Shown: positions 55,824 through 64,000 of the stretch, piece by piece | Position numbering within the stretch: the stretch's first letter is position 1 | Layout: the number at the start of each line of letters is the position of its first letter | Sequence record: PZ386953.1 | Length of the DNA stretch: 64,000 bases | From: a phage | Reading direction: 5' to 3' (one strand) | The notes under the pieces: generated by a model | Databases searched by the model: none | Seen by the model: only the letters and a program-made list of their open reading frames with translations | What the model was told of the DNA's origin: nothing | Translations under genes and position numbers: made by a program

Positions 55824-56864
55824 TTATTTAACGTGTTTGAAAATACCTGCCAACTCGGTCATTGTCATGCGGGTGGTCTTCATAAGATCTGTCATAGCTT
55901 TCTCCATAATTGGAGATACTACCATAAAGTTTCCTTTAGTGAAACCTTTATTCCAGTCGGTCACCAACAGGGGTTTAAGTCCAGCTCCAAGACGTTCACC
56001 AGTTAAAGCACAGCATTTGCGAATATACGAACTCTTAAATTGGCTGAACGACAGATCAACTTTCATACCTACATCGTAGAACGTTTGACAATAGAAAGTG
56101 TAAGCTTTGGCAATCTCAACATCATCAGGTAGTGCAGGAACCTCTTCTGTAAGCCCCTCTTCGACCTCCTGAGTCTCTTTTTCCTCTTCATGCACCTGTT
56201 GCGTCATTTCTTCAATCTCTTCTGTGATAGGCTCGTTTACAATGTCGGAAATGTGCTTCTTGGGTGCACGATAAGTAACTTTAGACATCGGTAGCATATC
56301 TTCCTCCTCTTCTTCGTCAAAGAGTGCTAGTTTATCCTCTTCCGTTCCATATTGCAAGATGAAATCTTCAAAAGTATAATCACCTTTCAATTTCTCCATA
56401 CGCTCTTCGCTCAGGTGGAGCATCATCTGCTGGACAATTTTTCGATCAGTTTCGTCTTTAATCAAGACTGCAGTCTTTTTATCTACCAGACAGTCCTTTA
56501 GAGAGTTGCATCTCAATCCCACCACACAACAGTTATCAACCGCATAAGGACCTTCATCATCTATCCGCTCCAGGGATGGGTAGAAAGGATTCCCCAGCCC
56601 GTTTTCATCTGTGTGCATGTCAAAAGGTATAAGGGTATAGTCGCATACTCCATCTCCTAAAAGTTTTTTACCAAATAGGAGGTATTCTTCCCATGACAGG
56701 TCGAACTCTATATCTCGTTTCCGTGCGTTATTCTGTTTGCGTCTATATTTTTTGAGCAAGCGCTCTAACTCTTCTGGTGTATAATATTTTTCAAGATTCA
56801 TGAGTCGTCTCTCGTGCTCTGTAAGTGAAGAAATCGTATCAATTGTCTCAACAGATGTCAACAT
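55824..56864 (-). CDS. protein with two tandem degenerate HNH/EndoVII-like domains and acidic linker
   Basis: N-terminal IEFDLSWEEY...CDYT...VDNCCVVGLRCNSLK and C-terminal VDLSFSQFKSSY...CCALT... are mutually similar; start taken at ATG 56864 (track uses TTG 56867). Confidence 0.5.
   Translation of the reverse strand: MLTSVETIDTISSLTEHERRLMNLEKYYTPEELERLLKKYRRKQNNARKRDIEFDLSWEEYLLFGKKLLGDGVCDYTLIPFDMHTDENGLGNPFYPSLERIDDEGPYAVDNCCVVGLRCNSLKDCLVDKKTAVLIKDETDRKIVQQMMLHLSEERMEKLKGDYTFEDFILQYGTEEDKLALFDEEEEEDMLPMSKVTYRAPKKHISDIVNEPITEEIEEMTQQVHEEEKETQEVEEGLTEEVPALPDDVEIAKAYTFYCQTFYDVGMKVDLSFSQFKSSYIRKCCALTGERLGAGLKPLLVTDWNKGFTKGNFMVVSPIMEKAMTDLMKTTRMTMTELAGIFKHVK
56265..56293 (-). repeat. 29-nt inverted-repeat arm 1
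   Basis: Reverse complement equals TACCGATGTCTAAAGTTACTTATCGTGCA, identical to 58127..58155; encodes internal LPMSKVTYRA preceded by GAGGAGGAAG. Confidence 0.85.
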
Positions 56865-56875
56865 CAAAAACGTGT

Positions 56876-56904
56876 TGACTTTACTCTAACTCCACAATAT
56901 AGTG
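56876..56904 (+). promoter_or_regulatory. sigma70-like promoter TTGACT-17-TATAGT for rightward operon
   Basis: -35 TTGACT 56876-56881, 17-nt spacer, -10 TATAGT 56899-56904, in the 76-nt divergent intergenic region. Confidence 0.5.
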
Positions 56905-56943
56905 CACCCATTCGAAAGAAAACTAACATAGGAGCACTTACTT

Positions 56944-57843
56944 ATGGCAAATCTTAACAGTTTTAGTACGCGGTGGAAACAGGACATAACAACCAATCTT
57001 TCAGCTGGGGACATCCTTTCTGCAATTTACGAGGCTTTAGATGATAAAGCTACTTCAAAAGCGGTTTGTACCAACCCATTAATTCCTATAGTGATGAAGG
57101 TTATTGAGCGTAGATTGGTATCTGGGTCTGATAAGTGGACATATTTAGATAATGAAGGACACACCTATTCCAATGGGTATGTCGATATAAAAGTAGAATA
57201 CGCGGTATCATACCGCCGGAGCGGTTCTGTAACTTTCAACTTCTCTGGAGGTTTTCGATCTCTGGCTACCTCACCTTTTGTTTCCTCGGAGGAGAAGTAT
57301 GAGCTGCCATTTCTTTGGATGATGGCTAACGCGACAGGAAAAACCCCCGTTAGCATCCGAGTAAAATACAACTACAACGGATCTAGTAAGATCTATGCCG
57401 AAAGTGTCTCAGCAAGTTTTTATTTTGTGATGGGGGATGGAATCCTCAAACATATAAAGATGTGCGATATGCATGATGTTATAAATGAAGTGACTGATAA
57501 GAATGTTCTAGTGAAAGACCTCAACAATTTTTATACACCTGGAGACTATTACGTCAGCCGTCCACTGTGCATCTTTAATGCCGCACACCCTCTAGGTGAG
57601 TATTTGATCGCCAATAGCGATATTGCCAATAACCGCTTCGAGGTAGCAAGAGTTCAGAATGAGGTATTGACATCTTGCAAGAGCGGTGATAAGTTTACCG
57701 AAGAAGAGATGGGTGTTTTAGAAATGATGGGATATAAGTGTAGCCTTTGGGTAGATGAGGTGTTTAATGATTGCATCTATGGACAGGATATTTACCCATT
57801 AAAGAAGTATACTGATACAAGTTTAATTTATGCGAGGGTTTGA
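56944..57843 (+). CDS. hypothetical protein (299 aa)
   Basis: First gene of rightward operon, AGGAG SD. Confidence 0.5.
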   Translation: MANLNSFSTRWKQDITTNLSAGDILSAIYEALDDKATSKAVCTNPLIPIVMKVIERRLVSGSDKWTYLDNEGHTYSNGYVDIKVEYAVSYRRSGSVTFNFSGGFRSLATSPFVSSEEKYELPFLWMMANATGKTPVSIRVKYNYNGSSKIYAESVSASFYFVMGDGILKHIKMCDMHDVINEVTDKNVLVKDLNNFYTPGDYYVSRPLCIFNAAHPLGEYLIANSDIANNRFEVARVQNEVLTSCKSGDKFTEEEMGVLEMMGYKCSLWVDEVFNDCIYGQDIYPLKKYTDTSLIYARV

Positions 57844-57845
57844 CT

Positions 57846-58118
57846 ATGATGAAGGCATGTGGTAATGTATATTACGTCGGTGAACATGTTCAGGCAGACA
57901 GTGTGTGGAAATCTATTAAGTCCACCACTGACGATGCCTTTCTGAGTGGACTATGTTTCCCCAATCCGGGAGACATCCTCCCTCATCCTGGAGATTTTGT
58001 TGTCAACAAGATGGACGGTTATACCGTGTGCCTGATGGTTGAAAAAATCTTTTTAGACACTAGACACAATCACCGTCTTGTGTTAAAATTTCAAGAATGT
58101 AAAATGACAATTGCCTAA
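57846..58118 (+). CDS. hypothetical protein (about 90 aa)
   Basis: ATG 57846 after GAGGG; track ORF starts at in-frame TTG 57840. Confidence 0.4.
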   Translation: MMKACGNVYYVGEHVQADSVWKSIKSTTDDAFLSGLCFPNPGDILPHPGDFVVNKMDGYTVCLMVEKIFLDTRHNHRLVLKFQECKMTIA

Positions 58119-58126
58119 GGAGACCT

Positions 58127-58155
58127 TACCGATGTCTAAAGTTACTTATCGTGCA
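58127..58155 (+). repeat. 29-nt inverted-repeat arm 2
   Basis: TACCGATGTCTAAAGTTACTTATCGTGCA covering the start codon and first 8 codons of ORF 58132. Confidence 0.85.
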
Positions 58156-58488
58156 GCTATTTACTGCAATGAACACCCAATCAATAATGATGGTCACTGC
58201 CTTTTTAAAGAAAATCAATTGGGCTGTATTGTCCTCCCCGATGAAGGGGAAGGTTATCTGATTGCATTGACAGGGTTTGAACCTGAGGCTCTGGAAGCCA
58301 ATCTGGACTACCTGGTAGAAGAGGGTGCTGCAGACCTGGTTGCCAATGGCCTCTCCATAAGCCTTGACGAAGTAGAGCGCTTCATGGGCAATTACCGTGT
58401 AGTGCGTGAGTTTACTATCGAGGTGGAAACTCCCGAGTGGGGTAGCCATGAAACTAATGCCGAAGAAAAAGAAGAGGAGGTAGAATAA
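58132..58488 (+). CDS. hypothetical acidic protein (118 aa)
   Basis: ATG 58132 with AAGGAG SD at 58117-58122; track ORF starts at upstream in-frame TTG 58111. Confidence 0.5.
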   Translation: MSKVTYRAAIYCNEHPINNDGHCLFKENQLGCIVLPDEGEGYLIALTGFEPEALEANLDYLVEEGAADLVANGLSISLDEVERFMGNYRVVREFTIEVETPEWGSHETNAEEKEEEVE

Positions 58489-58745
58489 TGAAAGTGCAGA
58501 TCTTGACTAATGCTGAGAAGATGTTTATTGAAGATACACCTTTTGAAGCTGGTGAGCTACAGTTCGTTTATTTTGTTGACTTAGATAAGGTGTTTCCTGC
58601 ACTGAATCTAGGTTTGGATGAAGTTCCTCATAAGGTTTTGTGCCGAGTTGTTCGTGCCTTAGCGGCAGAGGGGGAGTTCCACACCCTTCAAGATGTCCAG
58701 ACCTACGGGTATCTTGAACTACAACGAGAAGAAGAGGTGGACTGA
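58488..58745 (+). CDS. hypothetical protein (85 aa)
   Basis: Start overlaps upstream stop, GAGGAGG SD. Confidence 0.45.
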   Translation: MKVQILTNAEKMFIEDTPFEAGELQFVYFVDLDKVFPALNLGLDEVPHKVLCRVVRALAAEGEFHTLQDVQTYGYLELQREEEVD

Positions 58746-58747
58746 TA

Positions 58748-59128
58748 ATGGCTCAGTGGAAGACAACAGTTGACCTTCATGATCAGTGGTTAGGACGCAT
58801 CACTGAAGACGGGAAGCTAGTGGAGTGGGACAATAAGCATGTTAGCGAGTTGGCAAGTATTGTGGCTGGCAAGTTACGCTCCAAGTTCCCTGAACAACTG
58901 GATCCTGATAGTTCAAAGTTCGATCCTGAGTTAGAGGATGTTGTATACTACTTCGACACCGTTGATGACTACGACGCGTGGTTTGCAGCACGGGAGCTTT
59001 ACCCACAAGGCTCTGCTATGCGCCAGATGGAAGAAGATTATCCTCCGTGTGAGCAATTCAATAGTGCAATGACTTGCCTCTATGATTGGGCAGATAAGAA
59101 CCTTGTCTGGATTCGGACTGCATTTTAG
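58748..59128 (+). CDS. hypothetical protein (126 aa)
   Basis: ORF 2 nt after the upstream stop. Confidence 0.45.
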   Translation: MAQWKTTVDLHDQWLGRITEDGKLVEWDNKHVSELASIVAGKLRSKFPEQLDPDSSKFDPELEDVVYYFDTVDDYDAWFAARELYPQGSAMRQMEEDYPPCEQFNSAMTCLYDWADKNLVWIRTAF

Positions 59129-59172
59129 TGGGCAGGAATGGCGGCAAGGATGCTGCTTAAGGAGTAGTAGAG

Positions 59173-59442
59173 ATGTTATACCAGCAATATGAACTTCGTG
59201 CAGAAAAAGAGTTAAATTTTGACAAAGATATTCACAGATATTATTATGGGAAAGTTAGAGGGCAAGCAAGAAAGTGTACTCCAACACTCTTTTATGCCAG
59301 CAGACGACTAGCGCCAGAAGAGGCAACAGCAGAAAGGGTTGCGTACAACTGGAGAGTCACGTATGATATTGACAGATTCGATGTGATATCTGTTTTGGAA
59401 AACTTTGAAAACACTTACACACAAGTAGAGGACTTTTACTAA
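59173..59442 (+). CDS. hypothetical protein (89 aa)
   Basis: AAGGAG SD. Confidence 0.45.
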   Translation: MLYQQYELRAEKELNFDKDIHRYYYGKVRGQARKCTPTLFYASRRLAPEEATAERVAYNWRVTYDIDRFDVISVLENFENTYTQVEDFY

Positions 59443-60626
59443 TGTCAAGAAACGTATTCGAAAGTGGTCAAATCACTGTCCGTGAGTTGCCAGCTATTAT
59501 TCAGTTTGCCCAACGTCATAGCCGATCTGTCCTAATTTTGGGACCAATGGGTGTGGGTAAAAGCCAGGTGATGAAGCAGATCGCTGATAATATGTTCGGT
59601 GAGCGAGATGACAACCTTGTTGACGTGCGACTGTCAGATAAAGATCCTGCCGACTTATCTGGGCTACCTATCCCTGTAGAAGCGGATGGAACTACACGTA
59701 CAGTGTTTGCAATTCCAGAATTTTGGCCTGCGAATCCTGACTGGAGCGGAATTATCTTTCTGGATGAGCTCACTCATGCAGATAACTACCTGCAAAAGGT
59801 TGCAATGCAAATTATGCTTGACCACAAGTGCGGCACCTATGCATTCCCTAAGGGCTCTGTTTTTGTGGCTGCGGGTAACCGTTCTACAGATGGTGCGGTT
59901 CTTTCGGCGCTCGAAGCCCCTCTGGCTAACCGTTTTATCATTGTAGAGGTTACAAGCAATGCAGAGGTGTTTATTGAGGACTACGCATTCCTCAACGGGG
60001 TTCACTCCTCTGTAATTGGGTATCTGAAAAGAGTTCCATCAGCTATTGATAATTATGAGGCTATGGCTGAGATTAATTGTCCATCTTTTGCCACACCACG
60101 ATCTTGGGTTGCTGCATCTGACATCTTGCACGATTTTGACAGCGGTATTATTTCTGACGCTATGGCCCGTGTTCTTCTGCAAGGTGCTATTGGTCACACT
60201 GCAGCGGTAGAGATCTGGACTTACCACACCAAGAAACGTAATTTACCGGAAATCGGTCGGATTATGGCAGGTGGCTGCAAAGAATATGTAGGTCCTAAGC
60301 AGCCAGACATTTTGTGGATTCTTGGATCTGAAGGTTGTATCGCTATTCGCAATATGATGGAAAATGCAAGTATCTCAGACGAAGATCTTGTCAGCTGCGT
60401 GGCAAACTTCCTCGATTTCCTTTGGGAAAACTTCAAGGACGAGAACCGAGATTTTGTATTCTCAGTCTTTATGGCGATGATGAAACCTAATGCCTTAGGA
60501 AATGCCTTGCTTATCGGTAAAGGGCGTGACAAGATTGTTGCTCAGCTGATCAAAGCATACCCAAACCTGATGAAGATTGTAAAAGAGTTTGGTGAAGAGT
60601 TTAGCGCCATTTTGGCTAAAGCTTAA
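59442..60626 (+). CDS. MoxR/CbbQ-type AAA+ ATPase
   Basis: Walker A LILGPMGVGKSQ, Walker B IIFLDELTHA, sensor-1-like VAAGN, Arg-finger-like ANRF; 394 aa. Confidence 0.75.
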   Translation: MSRNVFESGQITVRELPAIIQFAQRHSRSVLILGPMGVGKSQVMKQIADNMFGERDDNLVDVRLSDKDPADLSGLPIPVEADGTTRTVFAIPEFWPANPDWSGIIFLDELTHADNYLQKVAMQIMLDHKCGTYAFPKGSVFVAAGNRSTDGAVLSALEAPLANRFIIVEVTSNAEVFIEDYAFLNGVHSSVIGYLKRVPSAIDNYEAMAEINCPSFATPRSWVAASDILHDFDSGIISDAMARVLLQGAIGHTAAVEIWTYHTKKRNLPEIGRIMAGGCKEYVGPKQPDILWILGSEGCIAIRNMMENASISDEDLVSCVANFLDFLWENFKDENRDFVFSVFMAMMKPNALGNALLIGKGRDKIVAQLIKAYPNLMKIVKEFGEEFSAILAKA

Positions 60627-60636
60627 GGGGGGTTGT

Positions 60637-61017
60637 ATGGCTAAAGTAGGTAAGCGGGGAAACTACCTGGTGGTATTGACCGAGGAGCCGGAGAAGGAGT
60701 ACGAATGCAGCTCCACTTGCGTGATCGATATCCGAGAAAAAGATGTAGATGAAGTCTGGTTTAAAATATTGGACGCTTGCGATAGCAGTGATTATTTCTT
60801 CATTTATGTCAACGATAAGGCTGGATTCTTCCATGACGACGGAGAGTTGCCGTATGAAATCTATGAACTTGTAGAGGCTTGCCATCGTGGAGATGCGGAG
60901 TTGTTTGGCCTACGGCTGAAAAGCGGTAAATTCTTCTATCAAGATGAGTGCATGAATCTTCATAACTTTGTAGAGGGAACTTGCAACGATGGAGAGATTT
61001 TGGCACACTACGATTAA
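60637..61017 (+). CDS. hypothetical protein (126 aa)
   Basis: ATG 60637 with AAGGGGGG SD; track ORF starts at upstream in-frame ATG 60589 overlapping the ATPase gene. Confidence 0.45.
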   Translation: MAKVGKRGNYLVVLTEEPEKEYECSSTCVIDIREKDVDEVWFKILDACDSSDYFFIYVNDKAGFFHDDGELPYEIYELVEACHRGDAELFGLRLKSGKFFYQDECMNLHNFVEGTCNDGEILAHYD

Positions 61018-61028
61018 TTTCTAAGACC

Positions 61029-61057
61029 TCCCCCGCTTCGGCGGGGATTTTCTATTT
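61029..61057 (+). terminator. intrinsic terminator
   Basis: CCCCGC-TTCG-GCGGGG hairpin followed by ATTTTCTATTT. Confidence 0.6.
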
Positions 61058-61066
61058 GGAGTCATT

Positions 61067-61567
61067 GTGAAAATTAAGATCTTTGCTATTATTTTGAGCG
61101 CACTTTTATCGCTGCCTGTTGTTGCAGCACCAAAACAAAAAGTATATCATACTTGCAAGCCATCAGATACTAAGGAAAACATTCTGGCATGCAATATCTA
61201 CAGGGAAGCTAGAGGAGATGGCACGATGGGTATGCTGGCATCTGGGTTTGCCACACTAAACAGGAAATCCCACCCTAAATACCCAGACACTATAAGAAAG
61301 ATTGTCTACCAACCTAACCAGTTTTCGTGGACAAACCACGGCAAAACTTTTAAGGTGACAGAAAAAGATTCATGGGATCACGCTAAAAGTCTTGCAAAGA
61401 TGCTTCTAAAGGTCTATAATAACAACCATGTTGCATACATGGCTATGGACATAACAGGTGGAGCAACACACTACCATACAACCAAAGTACGACCGAAATG
61501 GGCAAAAAAGATGCAGAGGACAGCTCAATTCGGGAGCCATATCTACTACAAGGAGCGCAATAAATGA
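61067..61567 (+). CDS. secreted SleB-like cell-wall hydrolase (candidate endolysin)
   Basis: N-terminal signal-peptide-like MKIKIFAIILSALLSLPVVAAP; motifs NIYREARGDG, ASGFATLNRK, VYQPNQFSW, GSHIYY resemble SleB-family hydrolases (from memory); GTG start with GGAG SD. Confidence 0.7.
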   Translation: MKIKIFAIILSALLSLPVVAAPKQKVYHTCKPSDTKENILACNIYREARGDGTMGMLASGFATLNRKSHPKYPDTIRKIVYQPNQFSWTNHGKTFKVTEKDSWDHAKSLAKMLLKVYNNNHVAYMAMDITGGATHYHTTKVRPKWAKKMQRTAQFGSHIYYKERNK

Positions 61568-63546
61568 TTGTAAACAGTAATGAAACTAAAGCAGTGCTGA
61601 CCGGAAATATGGAGGTCACCAGGGGCTCAATTTCTCTGAACAAAGAGACTTTTGGGCTAATCATTAAAGGGATTTACGAAGATAAGGTGCTGGCAAGCTG
61701 CCGTGAACCAATCTTCAATGCTGTGGACTCCCATGTTGAGTCTGGACGGGGTGATGTACCGATCATCATTCACTCTCCTACAGACCTTGAACCATACTTC
61801 TTTGTGCAGGACGTTGGATTGGGCATGTCAGAAGAGATGGTCCGCAACACTTTCATGAATCTCGGGGAGTCAACCAAGCGCAACAGCAACGCTCTGGTAG
61901 GTAATAAAGGTGTTGGTTCAAAGGCTCCGTTCAGTATGGTGGACACTTTCGATGTTATCAGTGTGCACAATGGTGTTGAAAGCACATATCTATTGTTCTT
62001 GGATCAGGGTATCCCAAACGTTACCAAGATCCGTGAGCGGAAGACTGAAGAGCACAACGGGGTAAAAGTTCAGTTCCATGTTAAGAAAGAGCATGTCCTG
62101 AAATATCGCACTGCTATTGCATCGTGCTTACGCTATGCGAAGTTTCCGTTCATCGTCACCGATCCTATGACCAGTAAGATGTTAGAAGGTGACAAGGTTG
62201 AGGCACAGTATCATTACGAGAAGGATGGCTGGAAAATGACCATCCTGAAAGGTTATACCAGTTCTGATGAGAGCCGTGTTGTGATGGGTCACCAACCTTA
62301 CCGCTCCAAGTTCCTGGAGACATTGACCGATTACCCTGCAATCTGCGTGGAAATTCCTATTGGGGATTGCAATATTAACCCTGGGCGTGAATGGACCATA
62401 GAGGGCCATGACGACGGTGGATTCCAGGATCGCCTGGAGGCCTTTGTCAAAGAAGGTATACGTCTTCGCGGGGCAGAAGTTATTGCAGAACTGGAGACGG
62501 CAAAAACCTCCGCAGAAGCACGTGAAATGATGAAGAATAGTGGAGTGTTCGGACACATCTTCGGCAAAAACTTTATGTGGAACCGTTGGGAAGAAACAGG
62601 GCTTGGCGACTTAGGCGATTGTGAAATTTTCGCTGGCGGCTTAAATAAAGGCCGCATAGGCTATGCTCGTTACGGAAAGTCGGAGTTCTTACGAGGTGTA
62701 TACCTTGTATTTAACGACGGAGATGGTAAATATAACCGAAATAAGTGTAACTACTTAAGCGAAATCACCGGACGCAACGTTTTCTATTGCCGGAACACGG
62801 ATCTGGTGAAAGAGTTTAAAGAGGCGGCACACCATCCGTTCTTTGCAGATACTGTCAAATTGTTATCAGAGCTCCCTCGCCGACCTGCGAAGAAAGGTGA
62901 AACAAAAACTCATTACGAGCCAGGTTATTGGGTTAAAAAGCTTGAGAAGGATGGTTACTTCCGTCGTGAACGTATTACTAAGGCAGAGTTCAAGAAGATT
63001 AAGCACTGCATTCCTTATGAGGGTGATATCCAACGTGGAAGTTGTTGGCTGGGACAGCTGAGTAACATCTACCAGCAAAATTATGACCGTGTGCGTGCTG
63101 CACTCCAGATTCCTGAAGGTGAAGATCTGTACTTGGTATCAGAATCTCGTCTGCTTTGGACTGATCCTGATTGCCAGTATGTTACAGAGAAGAATGTGGA
63201 ACACTTGTTGAAAGAGGATGCTTGGAAATTCTTACTGACTCGCGCAGCAAATGAAACTTCATATGACAGCTTGTATAGACAATTAGGGAAAATTATCCCC
63301 ATGCAGGATTTTGGAAATTATCGGCCACATTTCCACAAGTGGGAAGGTAACACCGCGTGGAAGCACAGTGAGCTAAATCATCGTGCCAAAATCTTAATCG
63401 CCAACCGGGTTAAGTGCGGGAAGGCCTATATTGCAAGATTGGAAAAGAAATATCCACTTTTGAAGCATGTGGGCTTGAAATATTGGGACACCCCTGCTAT
63501 GATTGAATACCGTGAGCTGATCGATACAAAGAATAACATCAAATAA
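61564..63546 (+). CDS. GHKL-family ATPase (Hsp90/MORC-like Bergerat fold) with large uncharacterised C-terminal region
   Basis: N-box-like IFNAVDS, G1 box VQDVGLGMS, G2 box GNKGVGSKAPF in first ~130 aa; 660 aa; AAGGAG SD. Confidence 0.55.
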   Translation: MIVNSNETKAVLTGNMEVTRGSISLNKETFGLIIKGIYEDKVLASCREPIFNAVDSHVESGRGDVPIIIHSPTDLEPYFFVQDVGLGMSEEMVRNTFMNLGESTKRNSNALVGNKGVGSKAPFSMVDTFDVISVHNGVESTYLLFLDQGIPNVTKIRERKTEEHNGVKVQFHVKKEHVLKYRTAIASCLRYAKFPFIVTDPMTSKMLEGDKVEAQYHYEKDGWKMTILKGYTSSDESRVVMGHQPYRSKFLETLTDYPAICVEIPIGDCNINPGREWTIEGHDDGGFQDRLEAFVKEGIRLRGAEVIAELETAKTSAEAREMMKNSGVFGHIFGKNFMWNRWEETGLGDLGDCEIFAGGLNKGRIGYARYGKSEFLRGVYLVFNDGDGKYNRNKCNYLSEITGRNVFYCRNTDLVKEFKEAAHHPFFADTVKLLSELPRRPAKKGETKTHYEPGYWVKKLEKDGYFRRERITKAEFKKIKHCIPYEGDIQRGSCWLGQLSNIYQQNYDRVRAALQIPEGEDLYLVSESRLLWTDPDCQYVTEKNVEHLLKEDAWKFLLTRAANETSYDSLYRQLGKIIPMQDFGNYRPHFHKWEGNTAWKHSELNHRAKILIANRVKCGKAYIARLEKKYPLLKHVGLKYWDTPAMIEYRELIDTKNNIK

Positions 63547-63556
63547 GGAGACCAAG

Positions 63557-64000
63557 ATGATTTTCATCTACGAACATTTCAAAACCCGTAAAGAAGCACG
63601 AGACCGCCGTGCAGAACTTGAGAAGAAGGGTTTCACATGTGCCGTTGAGAAAGGCGACACAACCTGGACACTGGCAGTTGGTGCCCCAGAGTTGTTCGAT
63701 CCTGACCGTGACAGCGTCTGCTACACCCGTGAGGATTTTGAAACCCGCGAAGAGGCCCGTTTATTTCGATACGGTCTGGAAGATAACGGTAAGTACGCTA
63801 TGATCTTAGATTTAGGCGAAGGTTCCGTTAAACGTTGGGGCGTGGTATACCCACTGTGTGTTGTTCACGGTGTGGGGTTCACTGGGGTGGCAATCAAGTC
63901 AGAAGAACCTTTAGTAGAAGTCAAAGATCCGGTGCTGGAGGTGGTGAGCAGTGTGTCTCAGCAACAGACTCGAAACATCGAGCCTTTGGTGGTTATTTGT
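63557..64000 (+). CDS. hypothetical protein, 3'-truncated at window edge
   Basis: ATG 63557 with AAGGAG SD; frame open to the end of the window; track lists only an alternative-frame ORF 63609..63803. Confidence 0.45.
   Translation, partial: MIFIYEHFKTRKEARDRRAELEKKGFTCAVEKGDTTWTLAVGAPELFDPDRDSVCYTREDFETREEARLFRYGLEDNGKYAMILDLGEGSVKRWGVVYPLCVVHGVGFTGVAIKSEEPLVEVKDPVLEVVSSVSQQQTRNIEPLVVIC

Noticed and set aside
56833-56861. Minus-strand TTGACA-17-TACGAT promoter-like match
   Set aside because: Lies downstream of the start codon of the only minus-strand gene it could serve (55824..56864), so it is probably a chance match.
63609-63803. 64-aa ORF listed in the track
   Set aside because: An alternative frame inside the better-supported open frame starting at ATG 63557 with AAGGAG SD, which continues to the window end.
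1-64000. CRISPR array, diversity-generating retroelement, integrase/lysogeny module
   Set aside because: No regularly spaced direct repeats, no reverse transcriptase motifs and no recombinase-like protein recognised in any frame; the 30-nt fibre identity block is a single coding repeat, not a TR/VR pair.

Overview
The window reads as one contiguous stretch of a large tailed-phage (Caudoviricetes) genome; no host genes, integrase, CRISPR array or reverse transcriptase were recognised. Left to right: (i) a 5'-truncated ORF and small genes, a roughly 290-nt hairpin-rich noncoding stretch, then a promoter-driven cluster of six tRNAs (Arg-TCT, Tyr-GTA, Ser-TGA, Thr-TGT, Met-CAT, Pro-TGG) plus one aberrant tRNA-like element; (ii) an i-spanin/o-spanin pair directly upstream of the large terminase; (iii) a lambda-like head module (terminase, portal, small putative protease, scaffold, decoration-like protein, major capsid protein with strong terminator); (iv) a tail module with a sheath-sized protein, a tube-sized protein, tail assembly chaperones with a canonical T_TTT_TTC -1 frameshift site, and tape measure; (v) a very large adsorption apparatus of at least six fibre-like proteins (865, 1270, 1279, 690, 581 and 1878 aa) plus two paralogous ~346-aa receptor-binding fibres; (vi) after a bidirectional terminator at ~49.8 kb, a leftward operon of small early-type genes (HAD phosphatase, Cys-rich proteins, a tandem array of four paralogous ~80-aa genes, a metallopeptidase-VWA protein, a tandem degenerate HNH-like protein) and a divergent rightward operon (small acidic proteins, MoxR-type AAA+ ATPase, signal-peptide SleB-like cell-wall hydrolase, Hsp90/MORC-like GHKL ATPase). 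The best candidates for something undescribed are the translationally coupled array of four divergent small paralogues, the ATPase/VWA partner pair split across a divergent promoter, a 29-nt perfect inverted repeat covering two start regions, and the GHKL ATPase next to the secreted hydrolase. All assignments rest on motif recognition by eye; no database search was run.
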